The notes beneath the pieces were generated by a model that was not told the origin of the DNA, made no database searches, and was given only the letters and a program-made list of their open reading frames with translations. A DNA stretch of 64,000 nt from Rhizobiales bacterium Ga0077556 (GTDB taxonomy: Bacteria > Pseudomonadota > Alphaproteobacteria > Rhizobiales > Phreatobacteraceae), in the NCBI GenBank assembly GCA_001464235.1, contig LNFH01000428.1, forward strand, positions 337 through 64,336, written 5' to 3'. A program made the translations under genes and the position numbers. This document shows, one piece after another, positions 12,055-22,645 of this stretch (positions within the stretch are counted from its first letter, which is position 1; each line of letters opens with the position of its first letter).

Positions 12055-13812
12055 TCAGGCGCTCAGCGCGCGCGGCGCGGCGGTCCCGGCCTCGAGCCAG
12101 GGTCTGGCGTCGCTCGCCGGGCCCGTATGGTCACCCTGCAGGTAGTTGCAACCGAGGTCGGCCAGCATCACGGCGACCTCCTCGCTCGGCACCCATTCGG
12201 CGATGGTCGTCAGGTTCATGTGCCGGGCGAGGTCGAGCAGCGCCTGGACGAAATGGCGGTCGTCCGGGTTGGAGTGGAAGCTCGCGACGAAGGCCCCGTC
12301 GATCTTCACGCAGTTGATGCCGAGCTTGCGCAGGTTGCGGAACGAGGTGTGGCCGGCGCCGAAGTCGTCGATGGCCACCCGGCAGCCGAGAGCCTGCACC
12401 CGTGCCACGAAGCGGCGGGTGTCCTCCACGTCGGCGATGGCCGAGGTCTCGGTGATCTCCACCATCAGCCGCTCCACGGCGCCGGGATGGGTGCGGTGCC
12501 AGGCCTCCAGCGCCCGCAGCCAGCTCATGTCCATGGTGGTGGCCGGCGAGACGTTGACCGAGAGCCTGAGGTCCGGCGCGGCGATCAGTTCGGCCATGGT
12601 CAGTTCGAGCACGCGGGCATCGACCAGCCGGACGAGGCCCAGCTTCTCCGCCAGCGGCACGATGGCGCTCGCCGGCAGCAGCGTGCCGTCGGCACGGCGG
12701 ATGCGCAGCAGGCACTCGTAATAGGCCGGCCGCCGCTCCGGGCCCGCCGTGACGATGGGCTGGAACGCGAGGCCGATCCGCCGGTCGTTGAGCGCCGAGA
12801 CGATCTCGTCGGTGGTCTTCAGGTTCTCCTGCCGGGCGCGTTCGCGCTCCAGGCTCGGTGCATAGATCTGGAAGGCGCCGCGCCGGCGCGCCTTGATGCC
12901 GTCGAGGGCCTCCTGCGACCGGCCCAGCATGGCCGCCAGGCTGTCGGCGTGGCGCGGGGCGATGATCCCGCCGATGGTGACCGTGATGGCGACCGGCCCC
13001 GCGCGGGTGAGAAAGACGTCGTCGCGCACCGCGTTGAGGATGCGCTCGGCGGCGATTTCCATGTCCTCGGGCTGGCAGTTGCGGATCAGCATGCCGAACT
13101 TGTTGCCCGACAGGCGGCCGAGCAGGTCGCCGCCGCGCAGCCGGGTGCGGATGCGCTTGCCCACCGCCGCGATGATCTCGTCGGCGATGTCGAAGCCGTA
13201 GGCCTCGTTGACGTGGGCGAGGTTGTCGACCGCCGCGACGAGCAGCCCGATCGAGCCGCGCACCTTGACGGCATCCTCGAGCGCGCTCTCCAGCACCTCG
13301 CAGAAGCGGTGTCGCGAGAGCTGGCCGGTCATCGGGTCGATCTCGCTCGCCTCGATCAGCCGGCGGCGCGTCTCGTAGCTTTCGGTGATGATGCGCACGG
13401 CGCCGTGGGCGCGCAGCGGCCGCCCGTCGGAGGAGGCGAACCAGCGGCCGGAATCCTCCACCCAGTGGGTGACGCCTTCATGGCCCCGGATGGCGTATTC
13501 GATGGCATAGGCGACGCCGTCGCCGCGGTCGATGTGCGGCGAGTTGACGATGGCCTCGTAGCGGCCGGCCGGGGATTCCTTCGCCAGCATCTGCGCATAG
13601 GCGCGGCCGGTGGCGAGATGGCGCGCATCGATCCCGAGTACCCCGCCGGCGTTCTCGCTCCAGGTCAGGCGGTCCGAGGGAATGGCCCAATCATAGGTCG
13701 CCGTGCCCACCGAGCTCAGGATGTCGGCCGCGGCCGACGGGGCCTCGCTGTCGGTTCCGTTCTGACCTGCGCTCGTGCTGTCGTCCCGATCCACCACGCA
13801 TCCGCCCGTCAT
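12055..13812 (-). CDS. PAS - degenerate GGDEF - EAL protein (probable phosphodiesterase)
   Basis: GGDEF replaced by SGNKF; EAL motif as YECLLR; DDFGAGHTS; start uncertain. Confidence 0.85.
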   Translation of the reverse strand: MTGGCVVDRDDSTSAGQNGTDSEAPSAAADILSSVGTATYDWAIPSDRLTWSENAGGVLGIDARHLATGRAYAQMLAKESPAGRYEAIVNSPHIDRGDGVAYAIEYAIRGHEGVTHWVEDSGRWFASSDGRPLRAHGAVRIITESYETRRRLIEASEIDPMTGQLSRHRFCEVLESALEDAVKVRGSIGLLVAAVDNLAHVNEAYGFDIADEIIAAVGKRIRTRLRGGDLLGRLSGNKFGMLIRNCQPEDMEIAAERILNAVRDDVFLTRAGPVAITVTIGGIIAPRHADSLAAMLGRSQEALDGIKARRRGAFQIYAPSLERERARQENLKTTDEIVSALNDRRIGLAFQPIVTAGPERRPAYYECLLRIRRADGTLLPASAIVPLAEKLGLVRLVDARVLELTMAELIAAPDLRLSVNVSPATTMDMSWLRALEAWHRTHPGAVERLMVEITETSAIADVEDTRRFVARVQALGCRVAIDDFGAGHTSFRNLRKLGINCVKIDGAFVASFHSNPDDRHFVQALLDLARHMNLTTIAEWVPSEEVAVMLADLGCNYLQGDHTGPASDARPWLEAGTAAPRALSA

Positions 13813-13939
13813 GTCTTCGTTGCCACCACTAGGCCGCAAAACAATGAAGGAAATCTTTTGGCGGCGGCCTCAGGCGCACGTTTTTGACGTTACGTCATGC
13901 GCCCGCCCGTTGCGGTGGTGTCTCAACTTGTCCCGATCC

Positions 13940-13968
13940 GGAACGCAAAGGCCGGCACGGGCGTTGCT
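13940..13968 (+). promoter_or_regulatory. Overlapping sigma-EcfG-like and sigma54-like promoter motifs
   Basis: GGAAC(13940)-N17-CGTT(13962) and CGGCACG-GGCG-TTGCT (13953-13968). Confidence 0.55.
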
Positions 13969-14019
13969 CCGTCATTCCCGCCGGCCCCCGAAGGCCGGTC
14001 AGGCGTCACGGAGCGGGAC

Positions 14020-14355
14020 ATGACGATGGTCCATCCAGCAGGGTCTTCACAGCCGCCGCGCTGGCGTCGCCGGGACGACGATCGCGCCGGCGCCGGCCGC
14101 CGCACCGCCGCGGGCAGCTTCTACGAGACGCTGTCGTCGCTGCCCGTCCCGACCCGCCCGGAGCGCACCGAGACGGAGAGGGTCATCCGCACCCGCCCCG
14201 CCGCGACCTTCGTCGCCCAGCTCCTGGCCGAACGCCTCGCCCCGGTTCGCCGCCGCCGCCGCGGCGACCGCGAGGAGGTGGACGCCCGCTATCAGGCCGC
14301 CGATCCCGCCTCGCAGCCGACCGCCAGCGGTTCCCTGCTCCGCCGCGACGTCTGA
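14020..14355 (+). CDS. Hypothetical protein
   Basis: ORF between divergent and convergent neighbours; RPAATFVAQLLA..RRR..ARYQAA; promoter motifs upstream. Confidence 0.6.
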   Translation: MTMVHPAGSSQPPRWRRRDDDRAGAGRRTAAGSFYETLSSLPVPTRPERTETERVIRTRPAATFVAQLLAERLAPVRRRRRGDREEVDARYQAADPASQPTASGSLLRRDV

Positions 14356-14368
14356 GCGGGCCCCGCCC

Positions 14369-15926
14369 TCAGTAGCCGAGCGCCAGGCCGTCCTTGCGCG
14401 CGTCCGAGCCGCCGACCAGGAAGCCGGAACGGTCGATGCGGATCATCTGCCCGCCGCCGATCGGCTTCACCGTCACGTCGACGTCGTGGCCCATGGCCCG
14501 CACCTTCTCGATCGTCGCGGCCGGCCAGGTCGGCTCCACCGTGGTCTTCTCGCCCTCGAAGAAGGCGCGCGGGGAATCGATCGCCGCCTGCGGGTCCATG
14601 CCGTAGTCCACGGTGTTGCAGACCACGTGGGCATGGCCCGACGACTGGTAGCTGCCGCCCATCACGCCGAACGAGCAGGTGACCTCGCCCTTCTCCAGCA
14701 TCATCGCCGGGATGATCGTGTGCATCGGCCGCTTGCCCGGTCCGATGCAGTTCGGGTGGGTCTCGTCGAGGTTGAAGCTGGAGCCGCGGTTCTGCAGCAG
14801 GATGCCGGTCTCGGGCGTGCAGATCTTCGAGCCGAAGTGGTGGAAGATCGAGTTGATGAAGGAGACCGCCATCCGGTCGCGGTCGACGATGGTGCAGTAG
14901 ATCGTGTTGGTGCCCGGCGGCGGCGGGATGAGGCGCGGCGTGCGCTTGCCCGGATCGATCATGCCGGCGAGCGTCCTGGCGAAGTCCTTGGAGATGAGCT
15001 GCTCGACCGTCACCTTCATGTGCGCGGGGTCGGCGATGTGGCTGTCGCGCAGCGAATAGGCGAGGCGCGCCGCCTCGATGCCGATGTGGAGCCGCTCCGG
15101 CGAGGTCGGGTCCATGCCCTTCACGTCGAACTGCTCGAGGATGTTGAGGATGATGAGGGCGGTGATGCCCTGGCCGTTCGGCGGCAGCTCGGCGACGCCG
15201 GTGCCCTTGTAGTCGCCGATGACCGGCCTCGAGGCTCATGAGGCCGCCCTTGGCCTTCAGCGTGGCGACGATGTCCTCGGCCACCCTGCCCTCGTAGAAG
15301 CCCTTGGCGCCCTTGGCGGCGATCTCCTCGAGGGTGGCGCCGAGCGCCGCGCTGGTCATGCGCTCGCCGGCGGTGGGGGCGCGGCCGTTGAGCAGGTAGT
15401 GGCGCGCGGCGCCCGCGTCCTTGGCGAGGGCGGCGGCGTCGCCCGGCCAGTCGAAGGCGACGCGCGGCGTCACCGGCCAGCCGTTCTTGGCATAGCCGAT
15501 GGCGGCCTGCAGAACCCGGCCGAGGTCGAAGCGGCCGTGGGTCTTGAGGATCGTCTCCCAGGCCTCGATGGCGCCCGGCACGGTGACGGCATGGACCGAG
15601 TCCGTCGGCACCGAGGTGAGGCCCTGGGACTTGAGCGCCGCCGCGGTCGCCGCCTTCGGCGCGCGGCCCGAGCCGTTGTAGCCCCAGATCGGCTTGCCGG
15701 GCCTGGAGATCAGAGTGAAGCAGTCGCCGCCGATGCCCGTCATGTGCGGCTCGACGACGGCCATGACGCCCACCGCCGCGATGGCCGCGTCGGCGGCCGT
15801 GCCGCCCGCCTTCAGGATGTCGATGGCGGCGGCGGTGGCAAGCGGATGCGAGGTCGCGGCCATGGCCTCGGTGGCGTAGGCGGGGGAGCGGCCGGGATTG
15901 TGGAAGTCACGGGTCTGGTAGGTCAC
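14369..15926 (-). pseudogene. ggt: Gamma-glutamyltransferase, frameshifted near 15227
   Basis: N half VEPHMTGIGGDCF..KGGLMSLE; continues in another frame PVIGDYKG..ELPPNGQG..NTIYC..LQNRG..PGKRPMHTIIP..GVMGG. Confidence 0.85.
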
Positions 15927-16140
15927 GGGGCATCCTCCCTCGCCCGGACTTTCGCCGGGACTGAAAAGCTGGCATCACCGGCTTGCGGCCGCATTCTTGT
16001 TTTAAGAATAACACAAGTGGGCGGCCGCCCGCCACGATGCGGGTGGGTCCGGCTTGTGCACGGGGCGCAGGGCTCCTTGCAAGCACGTCCCCCCGGGCGG
16101 CCCTGCACGATTGCCGACACCCCTCTCCCCGGAGCCGACG

Positions 16141-16572
16141 ATGAGCCTGACCCTCGACACCTGCCGAACCCTCGCCGACGCGGCCCTCGCCACCGGCCGC
16201 GAGAAGGGCATGAAGCCCCTCGGCGTGGTCATCGTCGACGCCCGCGGCGCCGTGCGCCTGACCCTCGTCGAGGACGGCAACGCGCCGCTGCGGGCCGACA
16301 TCGCCCATGGCAAGGCCTTCGGCTGCGTGGCGGTCGGCGTCGGCGGCCGCGCGCTGGAGCGCATGGCCAAGGAGCGCCCGCACTTCATCGGCGCCCTCGG
16401 CGGCCTCACCAAGGACCGCCTGACGCCCGTTCCCGGCGGCGTGCTGATCCGTGACGCGGCCGGCGCCATCCTCGGTGCCGTCGGCATTTCCGGCGACACG
16501 TCCGACAACGACGAGGTCTGTGCGCTGGCCGGCATCGCCGCCGTCGGCCTCAAGGCCGATACCGGCGCCTGA
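16141..16572 (+). CDS. GlcG/HbpS-like heme-binding protein
   Basis: GVVIVDARG, IAHGKA, PVPGGVLIRD, GAVGISGDTSDNDE; GGAG RBS. Confidence 0.85.
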   Translation: MSLTLDTCRTLADAALATGREKGMKPLGVVIVDARGAVRLTLVEDGNAPLRADIAHGKAFGCVAVGVGGRALERMAKERPHFIGALGGLTKDRLTPVPGGVLIRDAAGAILGAVGISGDTSDNDEVCALAGIAAVGLKADTGA

Positions 16573-16582
16573 TCTCCAACGG

Positions 16583-16613
16583 AAAAAGGCCGGTCGCAGG
16601 ACCGGCCTTTTTC
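16583..16613. terminator. Bidirectional intrinsic terminator
   Basis: AAAAAGGCCGGTC-GCAG-GACCGGCCTTTTT between convergent genes. Confidence 0.85.
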
Positions 16614-16634
16614 AATCGCGATGCGATGACGCGA

Positions 16635-16826
16635 TCAGTCGTTGGTCGTCGTCTTCGGCTTCAGGATCTGCTTGCCGCGATACATGCCGGTCTTCAGATC
16701 GACGTGGTGCGGGCGGCGCAGGTTGCCGGAGTCCTTGTCCTCGACATAGGTCGGGGCCACGAGGGCATCATGCGAGCGGCGCATGCCGCGACGCGAGGGC
16801 GACGTCTTTCTTCTCGGAACGGCCAT
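16635..16826 (-). CDS. rpmF: 50S ribosomal protein L32
   Basis: [34 protein letters not shown]. Confidence 0.97.
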   Translation of the reverse strand: MAVPRRKTSPSRRGMRRSHDALVAPTYVEDKDSGNLRRPHHVDLKTGMYRGKQILKPKTTTND

Positions 16827-16986
16827 GGAACTCTCTTCTGGCGGGGCCGCAGGAGGAAGCCCCCCGGGCGAACGGCGAAATCGTGAGACGCGGGCCTATA
16901 CACGCTTTCGGCGGGGCTTGCCAGAGGCCGCGCCGAGTTTTGTGAATCGGGCGGCTGGCTGCAGGACGCACTCCCCCGGTGCAGCC

Positions 16987-18001
16987 CTAGCCCCGATAGG
17001 CGAACTGCAGCAGCAGCGTGCGCTGCAGGAACGAGAAATTGTTGTCCGACACCAGGGTGACGATGGTCTCCCCCTCGCCGTTCCGGTGCACGGCGATGCC
17101 CTCCATGTTGTCGATCTGCGAGGACATGTCGGCCGACAGCACGATCGGCCCGTCCAGCGTCGCGCCGGCGCGGATCGCCGCGAGGTCGATCCGCCGCACG
17201 CGGAAGGCGACGCCGCGCCAGGCCGAGAACCAGCGCTCCAGCAGCAGCATGTCGCCGCCGGGCAGGAAGGCGAGGTCGGTGATGTCGAAATCGTTGGTGC
17301 GCTTGACGAAGATGTCGCGCGCCGGCCCCTGGCCGATGAGGAAGCCGCGGATGTCGCCGGCCGGGCTCAACGCGCTCTCGGACAGGGCGAGCAGCGTGCC
17401 GGCGAGCGGCGAGGGGCGCGGCAGCACACCCAGCGCCTCGATGCCCCTGTTCGACGGCAGCCGGGTCTCGCCCATCGGCACCGGGCTCGGCACGCCGCGG
17501 GCGAGCACGCCCTCGCGGCCGAACGTGTCGAAGCGGAAGATACGGTGGGTGCGCTCGACGCCGATGTAAGCCGTGCCGCCCTCGATCCACAGGCTCTCCG
17601 TGTCCCAGTTGCCGGCCGCCGGGGCCGAGCACGGCGGCCATGCGCGCCTTCGACAGGCCGGAGAGCCGCCCGCCGTCCAGGTCGATGCTGGCGGTGAGCC
17701 ACTGGCCCTGGTCGGATAGGGCGGTGAGGCGCTGGCCCGTCGCATCGGTGCGCAGCGACGACAGGCCGCCGAAGCCGCGATAGTCGGACTGCAGCTCCAG
17801 GCCGCCGCGGAAGGCGAAGGCACCGAACTGCTGCTTCTCGGCCTCGCGCGGCGAGAAGGCGTTGATGGGGAAGGAGCGGATGTCGATGTCCACCGGCGCC
17901 CGCGGCACGGGACCGCGGGCCTCGGCGGCGGGTGTGAGCGCCGGCAGCGCCGCGAGGCCTCCGGCCAGCGCCAGGACCCCGCGCCGCGTCGGATGGGGCA
18001 T
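16987..18001 (-). pseudogene. Tat-exported esterase-like/phytase family protein, frameshifted near 17613
   Basis: [12 protein letters not shown] twin-arginine signal; FGGLSSL, LSDQG; then other frame WDTESL, NRGIEAL, IDNMEGI, LVSDNNFSFLQRTLLLQF. Confidence 0.8.
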
Positions 18002-19902
18002 CAGGCGACCCGCCGGCGGGGGGCAGAGCCGCCCGCCGCGGCTTCGCTCGCATGTTCGTCGAAGAGCTCGGCGAGCTTCTCGGTCATGGCGCCGCCCAGC
18101 TCCTCGGCGTCCACGATGGTGACGGCGCGGCGGTAGTAGCGCGTCACGTCGTGGCCGATGCCGATGGCGATGAGCTCCACCGGCGAGCGGGTCTCGATCT
18201 CCTCGATGATCCAGCGCAGGTGCCGCTCCAGGTAGTTGCCCGGGTTCACCGACAGGGTGGAATCGTCCACCGGCGCGCCGTCGGAGATCATCATCAGGAT
18301 CTTGCGCTGCTCGGAGCGGGCGAGCAGGCGCTTGTGCGCCCAGTCCAGCGCCTCGCCGTCGATGTTCTCCTTGAGGAGACCCTCGCGCATCATCAGGCCG
18401 AGATTCTTGCGGGCGCGCCGCCAGGGGGCATCCGCCGCCTTGTAGATGATGTGGCGCAGGTCGTTGAGGCGGCCGGGATTGGCCGGCTTGCCGTTCTGCA
18501 GCCAGTGCTCGCGCGACTGCCCGCCCTTCCAGGCGCGCGTCGTGAAGCCGAGGATCTCGACCTTCACGCCGCAGCGCTCCAGCGTGCGCGCGAGAATGTC
18601 GGCGCAGGTCGCCGCCACCGTGATGGGACGGCCGCGCATGGAGCCGGAATTGTCGAGCAGCAGCGTCACCACCGTGTCGCGGAAATTCGTGTCGCTCTCC
18701 TGCTTGAAGGAGAGCGCCGCCATCGGGTCCATGATGACGCGCGGCAGGCGGGCCGGATCGAGGATGCCCTCCTCCAGGTCGAAGTTCCACGAGCGGTTCT
18801 GCTGCGCCATCAGGCGGCGCTGCAGCCGGTTGGCGAGGCGCGAGACGACGGGGCCGAGGTTGGACAGCTGCTTGTCGAGATAGGCCCTGAGGCGGTCCAG
18901 CTCCTCGGCGTCGCAGAGATCGGGGGCGTCGATGATCTCGTCGAACTTCGGCGTGAAGGGCTTGTATTCCGGCCCCTTGCGCTCGGCGTTCTGGCTCTTC
19001 GGCCGCCACGGCTCGCTGGCGTCCTCGGAATCGCCGAGGTCGTTCTCGTCGGGCAGTTCGGCGGTCTCGGCGTCGGAGGCCTCCTGGGCGCCGTCCGGCG
19101 ACTCGTCGGCCATCTCCTCGGCATCCTCCATCTGCATGCCTTCGGAGGATTCCTCGTCCTGGCTGTCCGGGCTCTCGCCGGATTCAGGCGTCTCCTGCTC
19201 CTGGCTCTCGGAGCTGTCGTCGTCGTTGTCCTCGTCCGAGCGGCCCTGCTCGTCGCCCATGTCGAGCGAGGTGAGGAGCTCGCGCACCGCCTTGCCGAAG
19301 GCGCGCTGGTTGTTCTCGAGGCCGACGAGCGCCTCGAGGTTCTTGCCCGCCTTGCTCTCGATGGTCTCCCGCCACAGGTCGACGATCTTCGCCGCCTGGG
19401 CCGGCGCCGCCTGTCCGGTGAGCCTCTCGCGCACCATGAGCGCGAGGGCATCCTCCAGCGGCGCATCGGCCTTGTCGGTGATCTCCTCGTACTTGCCCAT
19501 GCGGTGGTAGTGGTCCTCCAGCCGTGCGGTCAGGTTCTGCGCGACGCCGGTCATGCGGTTGGAGCCGATGGCCTCGATGCGGGCGTTCTCCACGGCCTCG
19601 AAGACGGCGCGGGCGGCCTGCCCGTCGGGGATCATCGACCGATGGACCTTGGAATTGTGCACGGCGAGCTTCAGCGCCATGGCATCGCCGTGGCCGCGCA
19701 CGATGGCGGCGTCCTTCGGCGAGAGCTTGCGCGGCGGCTCGGGCAGGCGCGCCTTGTCGCCGACGAGCCCCGGCTTGTCGGCGGCATAGGTGACCTCGAG
19801 GTCGCGGCGGGCGATGGCGCGCATGCAGGAGGCGACGGAGCGCTTGAACGGCTCGGTCGGGCTCTCCTTGGTGTTCGGCTTGGCCTTGGAATTGGAGCTC
19901 AC
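18001..19902 (-). CDS. cobT: Cobaltochelatase subunit CobT
   Basis: Acidic linker, v[36 protein letters not shown]. Confidence 0.95.
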   Translation of the reverse strand: MSSNSKAKPNTKESPTEPFKRSVASCMRAIARRDLEVTYAADKPGLVGDKARLPEPPRKLSPKDAAIVRGHGDAMALKLAVHNSKVHRSMIPDGQAARAVFEAVENARIEAIGSNRMTGVAQNLTARLEDHYHRMGKYEEITDKADAPLEDALALMVRERLTGQAAPAQAAKIVDLWRETIESKAGKNLEALVGLENNQRAFGKAVRELLTSLDMGDEQGRSDEDNDDDSSESQEQETPESGESPDSQDEESSEGMQMEDAEEMADESPDGAQEASDAETAELPDENDLGDSEDASEPWRPKSQNAERKGPEYKPFTPKFDEIIDAPDLCDAEELDRLRAYLDKQLSNLGPVVSRLANRLQRRLMAQQNRSWNFDLEEGILDPARLPRVIMDPMAALSFKQESDTNFRDTVVTLLLDNSGSMRGRPITVAATCADILARTLERCGVKVEILGFTTRAWKGGQSREHWLQNGKPANPGRLNDLRHIIYKAADAPWRRARKNLGLMMREGLLKENIDGEALDWAHKRLLARSEQRKILMMISDGAPVDDSTLSVNPGNYLERHLRWIIEEIETRSPVELIAIGIGHDVTRYYRRAVTIVDAEELGGAMTEKLAELFDEHASEAAAGGSAPRRRVA

Positions 19903-20333
19903 GAAAGATCCTTTTTCAGCCAGATGCGGCGGTGCCCGGGCGGAAAATCGCCGAGCTCGCCGAAAACCTCATATCCCAGCTTCTGGTAGAAGCCGTCGCC
20001 CTGGAACGAGAACGTGTCGAGATAGACATGGCGCGCGCCACGCTTTGCCGCCACCGCCTCGGCCCGCGCCATCAGGTCCGTGCCGACGCCGGTGCCGCGC
20101 AGCGCCTCGTCGAGCCACAGGAGCTCGATGAAGCACCAGTCCCACAGCGTGTGGCCGACGATGCCGCCCTTGATGGCGCCGGCCTCGTCGCGCACCGAAA
20201 CGGCGAAGCGCTTCCACTTGGTCGGCCCGGCCTTCGCCGTGTTGTAGGCGACGAGGCCCTTGACCACGGCCCGCGCCGTCTCGGCGACGCGGGTTTCCTC
20301 GGCGATGACGACCAGCGGCGGAGAGGCGGTCAC
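19899..20333 (-). CDS. GNAT family N-acetyltransferase
   Basis: [28 protein letters not shown]; GTGA overlaps on both ends. Confidence 0.9.
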   Translation of the reverse strand: MTASPPLVVIAEETRVAETARAVVKGLVAYNTAKAGPTKWKRFAVSVRDEAGAIKGGIVGHTLWDWCFIELLWLDEALRGTGVGTDLMARAEAVAAKRGARHVYLDTFSFQGDGFYQKLGYEVFGELGDFPPGHRRIWLKKDLS

Positions 20334-21011
20334 TGACAATACCCCAACATGGCAGACTGCGCATAGGCGCGCAGTTCCTGAGGGATGTCTTGGCGACGAA
20401 CCAGGAAGGGCTCGATAATCCCTCGAACCAGGGCCTTTGCCTCAGGACTGGAAAATGCAAAGTGGCTCAGGCCGTGAAGCCCACTCTCCACGCAGGCAAT
20501 GTTCGGGCTGTCGAGAGTGGATGACAAGACATTCAAGACAATTGGGCGTTCGTCGTCCTGCTCGGGTCGCAGCGGCAAACCAAGGTCCCACATCATGTAG
20601 GTGTACAAGCTAAGCGGGTCGCTGCCGTCAATACTGAGATGCCCAAGGACCGGTTTGGAGCGCGGTTCGAGACAGTCCTGGTAGAGCGTGCCAATCGATG
20701 TCGTCGACCGCCTCGCACAGGGCCACGGTCATGTTGGATATACAGCTGCTGAAAAGGCACCAGAGACCGTTACCTAGCGCCTCGTCGGAATAGCCGAGGA
20801 GATCGACGCCGCTGCGGGCACACATAGCGCCCATCCTAAAGCACCATTCGTCTGCTGAAGCCTGTTGCTCGTCCTCAAACGCCTCGTTCCAGTGGTCACC
20901 GACGGCGCGCGGGCCGGTGACGATCGAAGGCAGCCACGCGCGATAGGCGTCGCCGCCTTCGCGAAACCTCTGCATCCATTCGTCCTGCCGACCGGCCTGC
21001 GATCCGGTCAT
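20330..21011 (-). pseudogene. Low-GC hypothetical protein, frameshifted near 20700
   Basis: ORF 21011-20628 continues in another frame (SIGTLYQDCLEPRSKPVLGHLS..YMMWD..ACVESGLHGLSH) to stop 20330; start and stop overlap neighbours. Confidence 0.65.
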
Positions 21012-21499
21012 GACGCCTGATCGAGGTCAATGGGCCGGTTCAGAATGTCGTCCCAGCTATAGGGGCAAGTGGCCGGGAAGGCCCGGTCGTCGAGCCCGGT
21101 CTCGATCGCGGCGCGGTCGCGTCCGTCGAGATATCCGTCGGCCGTCGCCTCTGCGACATGCGGCTTCAGGCCGGGGTTCTTCTTCAGGACCCGCGTGATG
21201 CGGCGGCGCTGCTCCCGAATCGTCAGCACCCAGCTCCGGCTGCGGAGCTCGGGCTGGTGATCCCATTTCAGAAGATGCATCAGCACCACCGCCAGCGCGC
21301 TTTCCAGCTTGTCGTATTGCTCGTGCCCCACGTCGGCGAGCTCCTCGGCGATGTTGGCCGCGTCGATCTCCGTGACACGGCCTGCCTTCAGAAGTTCGAC
21401 CTGCTGGATGACCCATGTGTAGAGGTCATCCTGATACCGCGCGCGGGTCTCGCTCGCCGGTTCGGCCTTGTTCGGCTTGTCCCTGACGACGTGACCCAC
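21008..21499 (-). CDS. DUF29 family protein
   Basis: YQDDLYTWVIQQVELL, NIAEELADVG, HLLKWDHQP..RSRSW, FPATCPYSWD; AGGAGG RBS. Confidence 0.9.
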   Translation of the reverse strand: MGHVVRDKPNKAEPASETRARYQDDLYTWVIQQVELLKAGRVTEIDAANIAEELADVGHEQYDKLESALAVVLMHLLKWDHQPELRSRSWVLTIREQRRRITRVLKKNPGLKPHVAEATADGYLDGRDRAAIETGLDDRAFPATCPYSWDDILNRPIDLDQAS

Positions 21500-21515
21500 G
21501 GCGGTGTCCTCCTGA

Positions 21516-22505
21516 TCAGCTCAGCGCCACGTTGACGGCGCTTTCCGGCAGTTCCTGGCCGAAGCAGCGCTGGTAGAACTCGGCGACCAGGGTGCGCTCC
21601 AGCTCGTCGCACTTGTTGAGGAAGGTGAGCCGGAAGGCGAAGCCGATATCCTTGAAGATGTCGGCGTTCTCGGCCCAGGTCAGCACGGTGCGCGGGCTCA
21701 TGACGGTGGAGAGGTCGCCGTTCATGAAGGCGTTGCGGGTGAGGTCCGCCACGCGCACCATCTTGTTGACCTGGTCGCGGCCCTCGGCGGTCTTCGCGAA
21801 ATTCTTCGCCTTGGCGAGGATGATGCCGACCTCGTTGTCGTGCGGCAGGTAGTTCAGCGTGGTGACGATGGACCAGCGGTCCATCTGCGCCTGGTTGATC
21901 TGCTGCGTGCCGTGATAGAGGCCCGTCGTGTCGCCGAGGCCGACCGTGTTGGCGGTGGCGAAGAGGCGGAAGGCGGGGTGGGGGCGGATGACGCGGCTCT
22001 GGTCGAGCAGCGTCAGGCGGCCCGAGGATTCCAGCACGCGCTGGATGACGAACATCACGTCCGGGCGGCCGGCATCGTACTCGTCGAAGCAGAGCGCGAC
22101 GTTGTGCTGGTAGGCCCAGGGCAGGATGCCGTCGCGGAATTCGGTGATCTGCTTGCCGTCCTTCAGCACGATCGCGTCCTTGCCGACGAGATCGATGCGG
22201 CTGACGTGGCTGTCGAGGTTGACGCGGATGCAGGGCCAGTTGAGGCGGGCGGCGACCTGTTCGATATGGGTCGACTTGCCGGTGCCGTGATAGCCGGAGA
22301 CCATGACGCGGCGGTTGTGCGCGAAGCCCGCCAGGATCGCCAGCGTCGTCGGCTTGTCGAACAGGTAATCCGGGTCGAGGTCCGGCACGTGGTCGCCGCC
22401 CTGCGAATAGGCGGGAGCCACCATGTCCGAATCGATGCCGAACGTCTGGCGCACGGAAAGGGTCGTATCCGGGAGCCCGGACACATTGTCAGTCTGCACT
22501 GTCAC
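21516..22505 (-). CDS. cobS: Cobaltochelatase subunit CobS (AAA+)
   Basis: [38 protein letters not shown]; GTG start with GGAGG RBS. Confidence 0.95.
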   Translation of the reverse strand: MTVQTDNVSGLPDTTLSVRQTFGIDSDMVAPAYSQGGDHVPDLDPDYLFDKPTTLAILAGFAHNRRVMVSGYHGTGKSTHIEQVAARLNWPCIRVNLDSHVSRIDLVGKDAIVLKDGKQITEFRDGILPWAYQHNVALCFDEYDAGRPDVMFVIQRVLESSGRLTLLDQSRVIRPHPAFRLFATANTVGLGDTTGLYHGTQQINQAQMDRWSIVTTLNYLPHDNEVGIILAKAKNFAKTAEGRDQVNKMVRVADLTRNAFMNGDLSTVMSPRTVLTWAENADIFKDIGFAFRLTFLNKCDELERTLVAEFYQRCFGQELPESAVNVALS

Positions 22506-22645
22506 GAAAGAACCTCCGATGCCGCGTTCGGCGCAGCGAGCCAAATCCTCATGATGGCGGCGACCTTACCAGATCGCATCCAACCTTCGCGGGAATGCCA
22601 TTCGAAATTCTGATGCGTCGCATCATGGCGCCGACCGTCGTCAGG

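Noticed and set aside
19000-19260. Highly acidic stretch in cobT
   Set aside because: Normal acidic linker of CobT
20330-21499. Mobile element or prophage remnant at the low-GC patch
   Set aside because: No integrase, transposase, terminal repeats or target duplication visible
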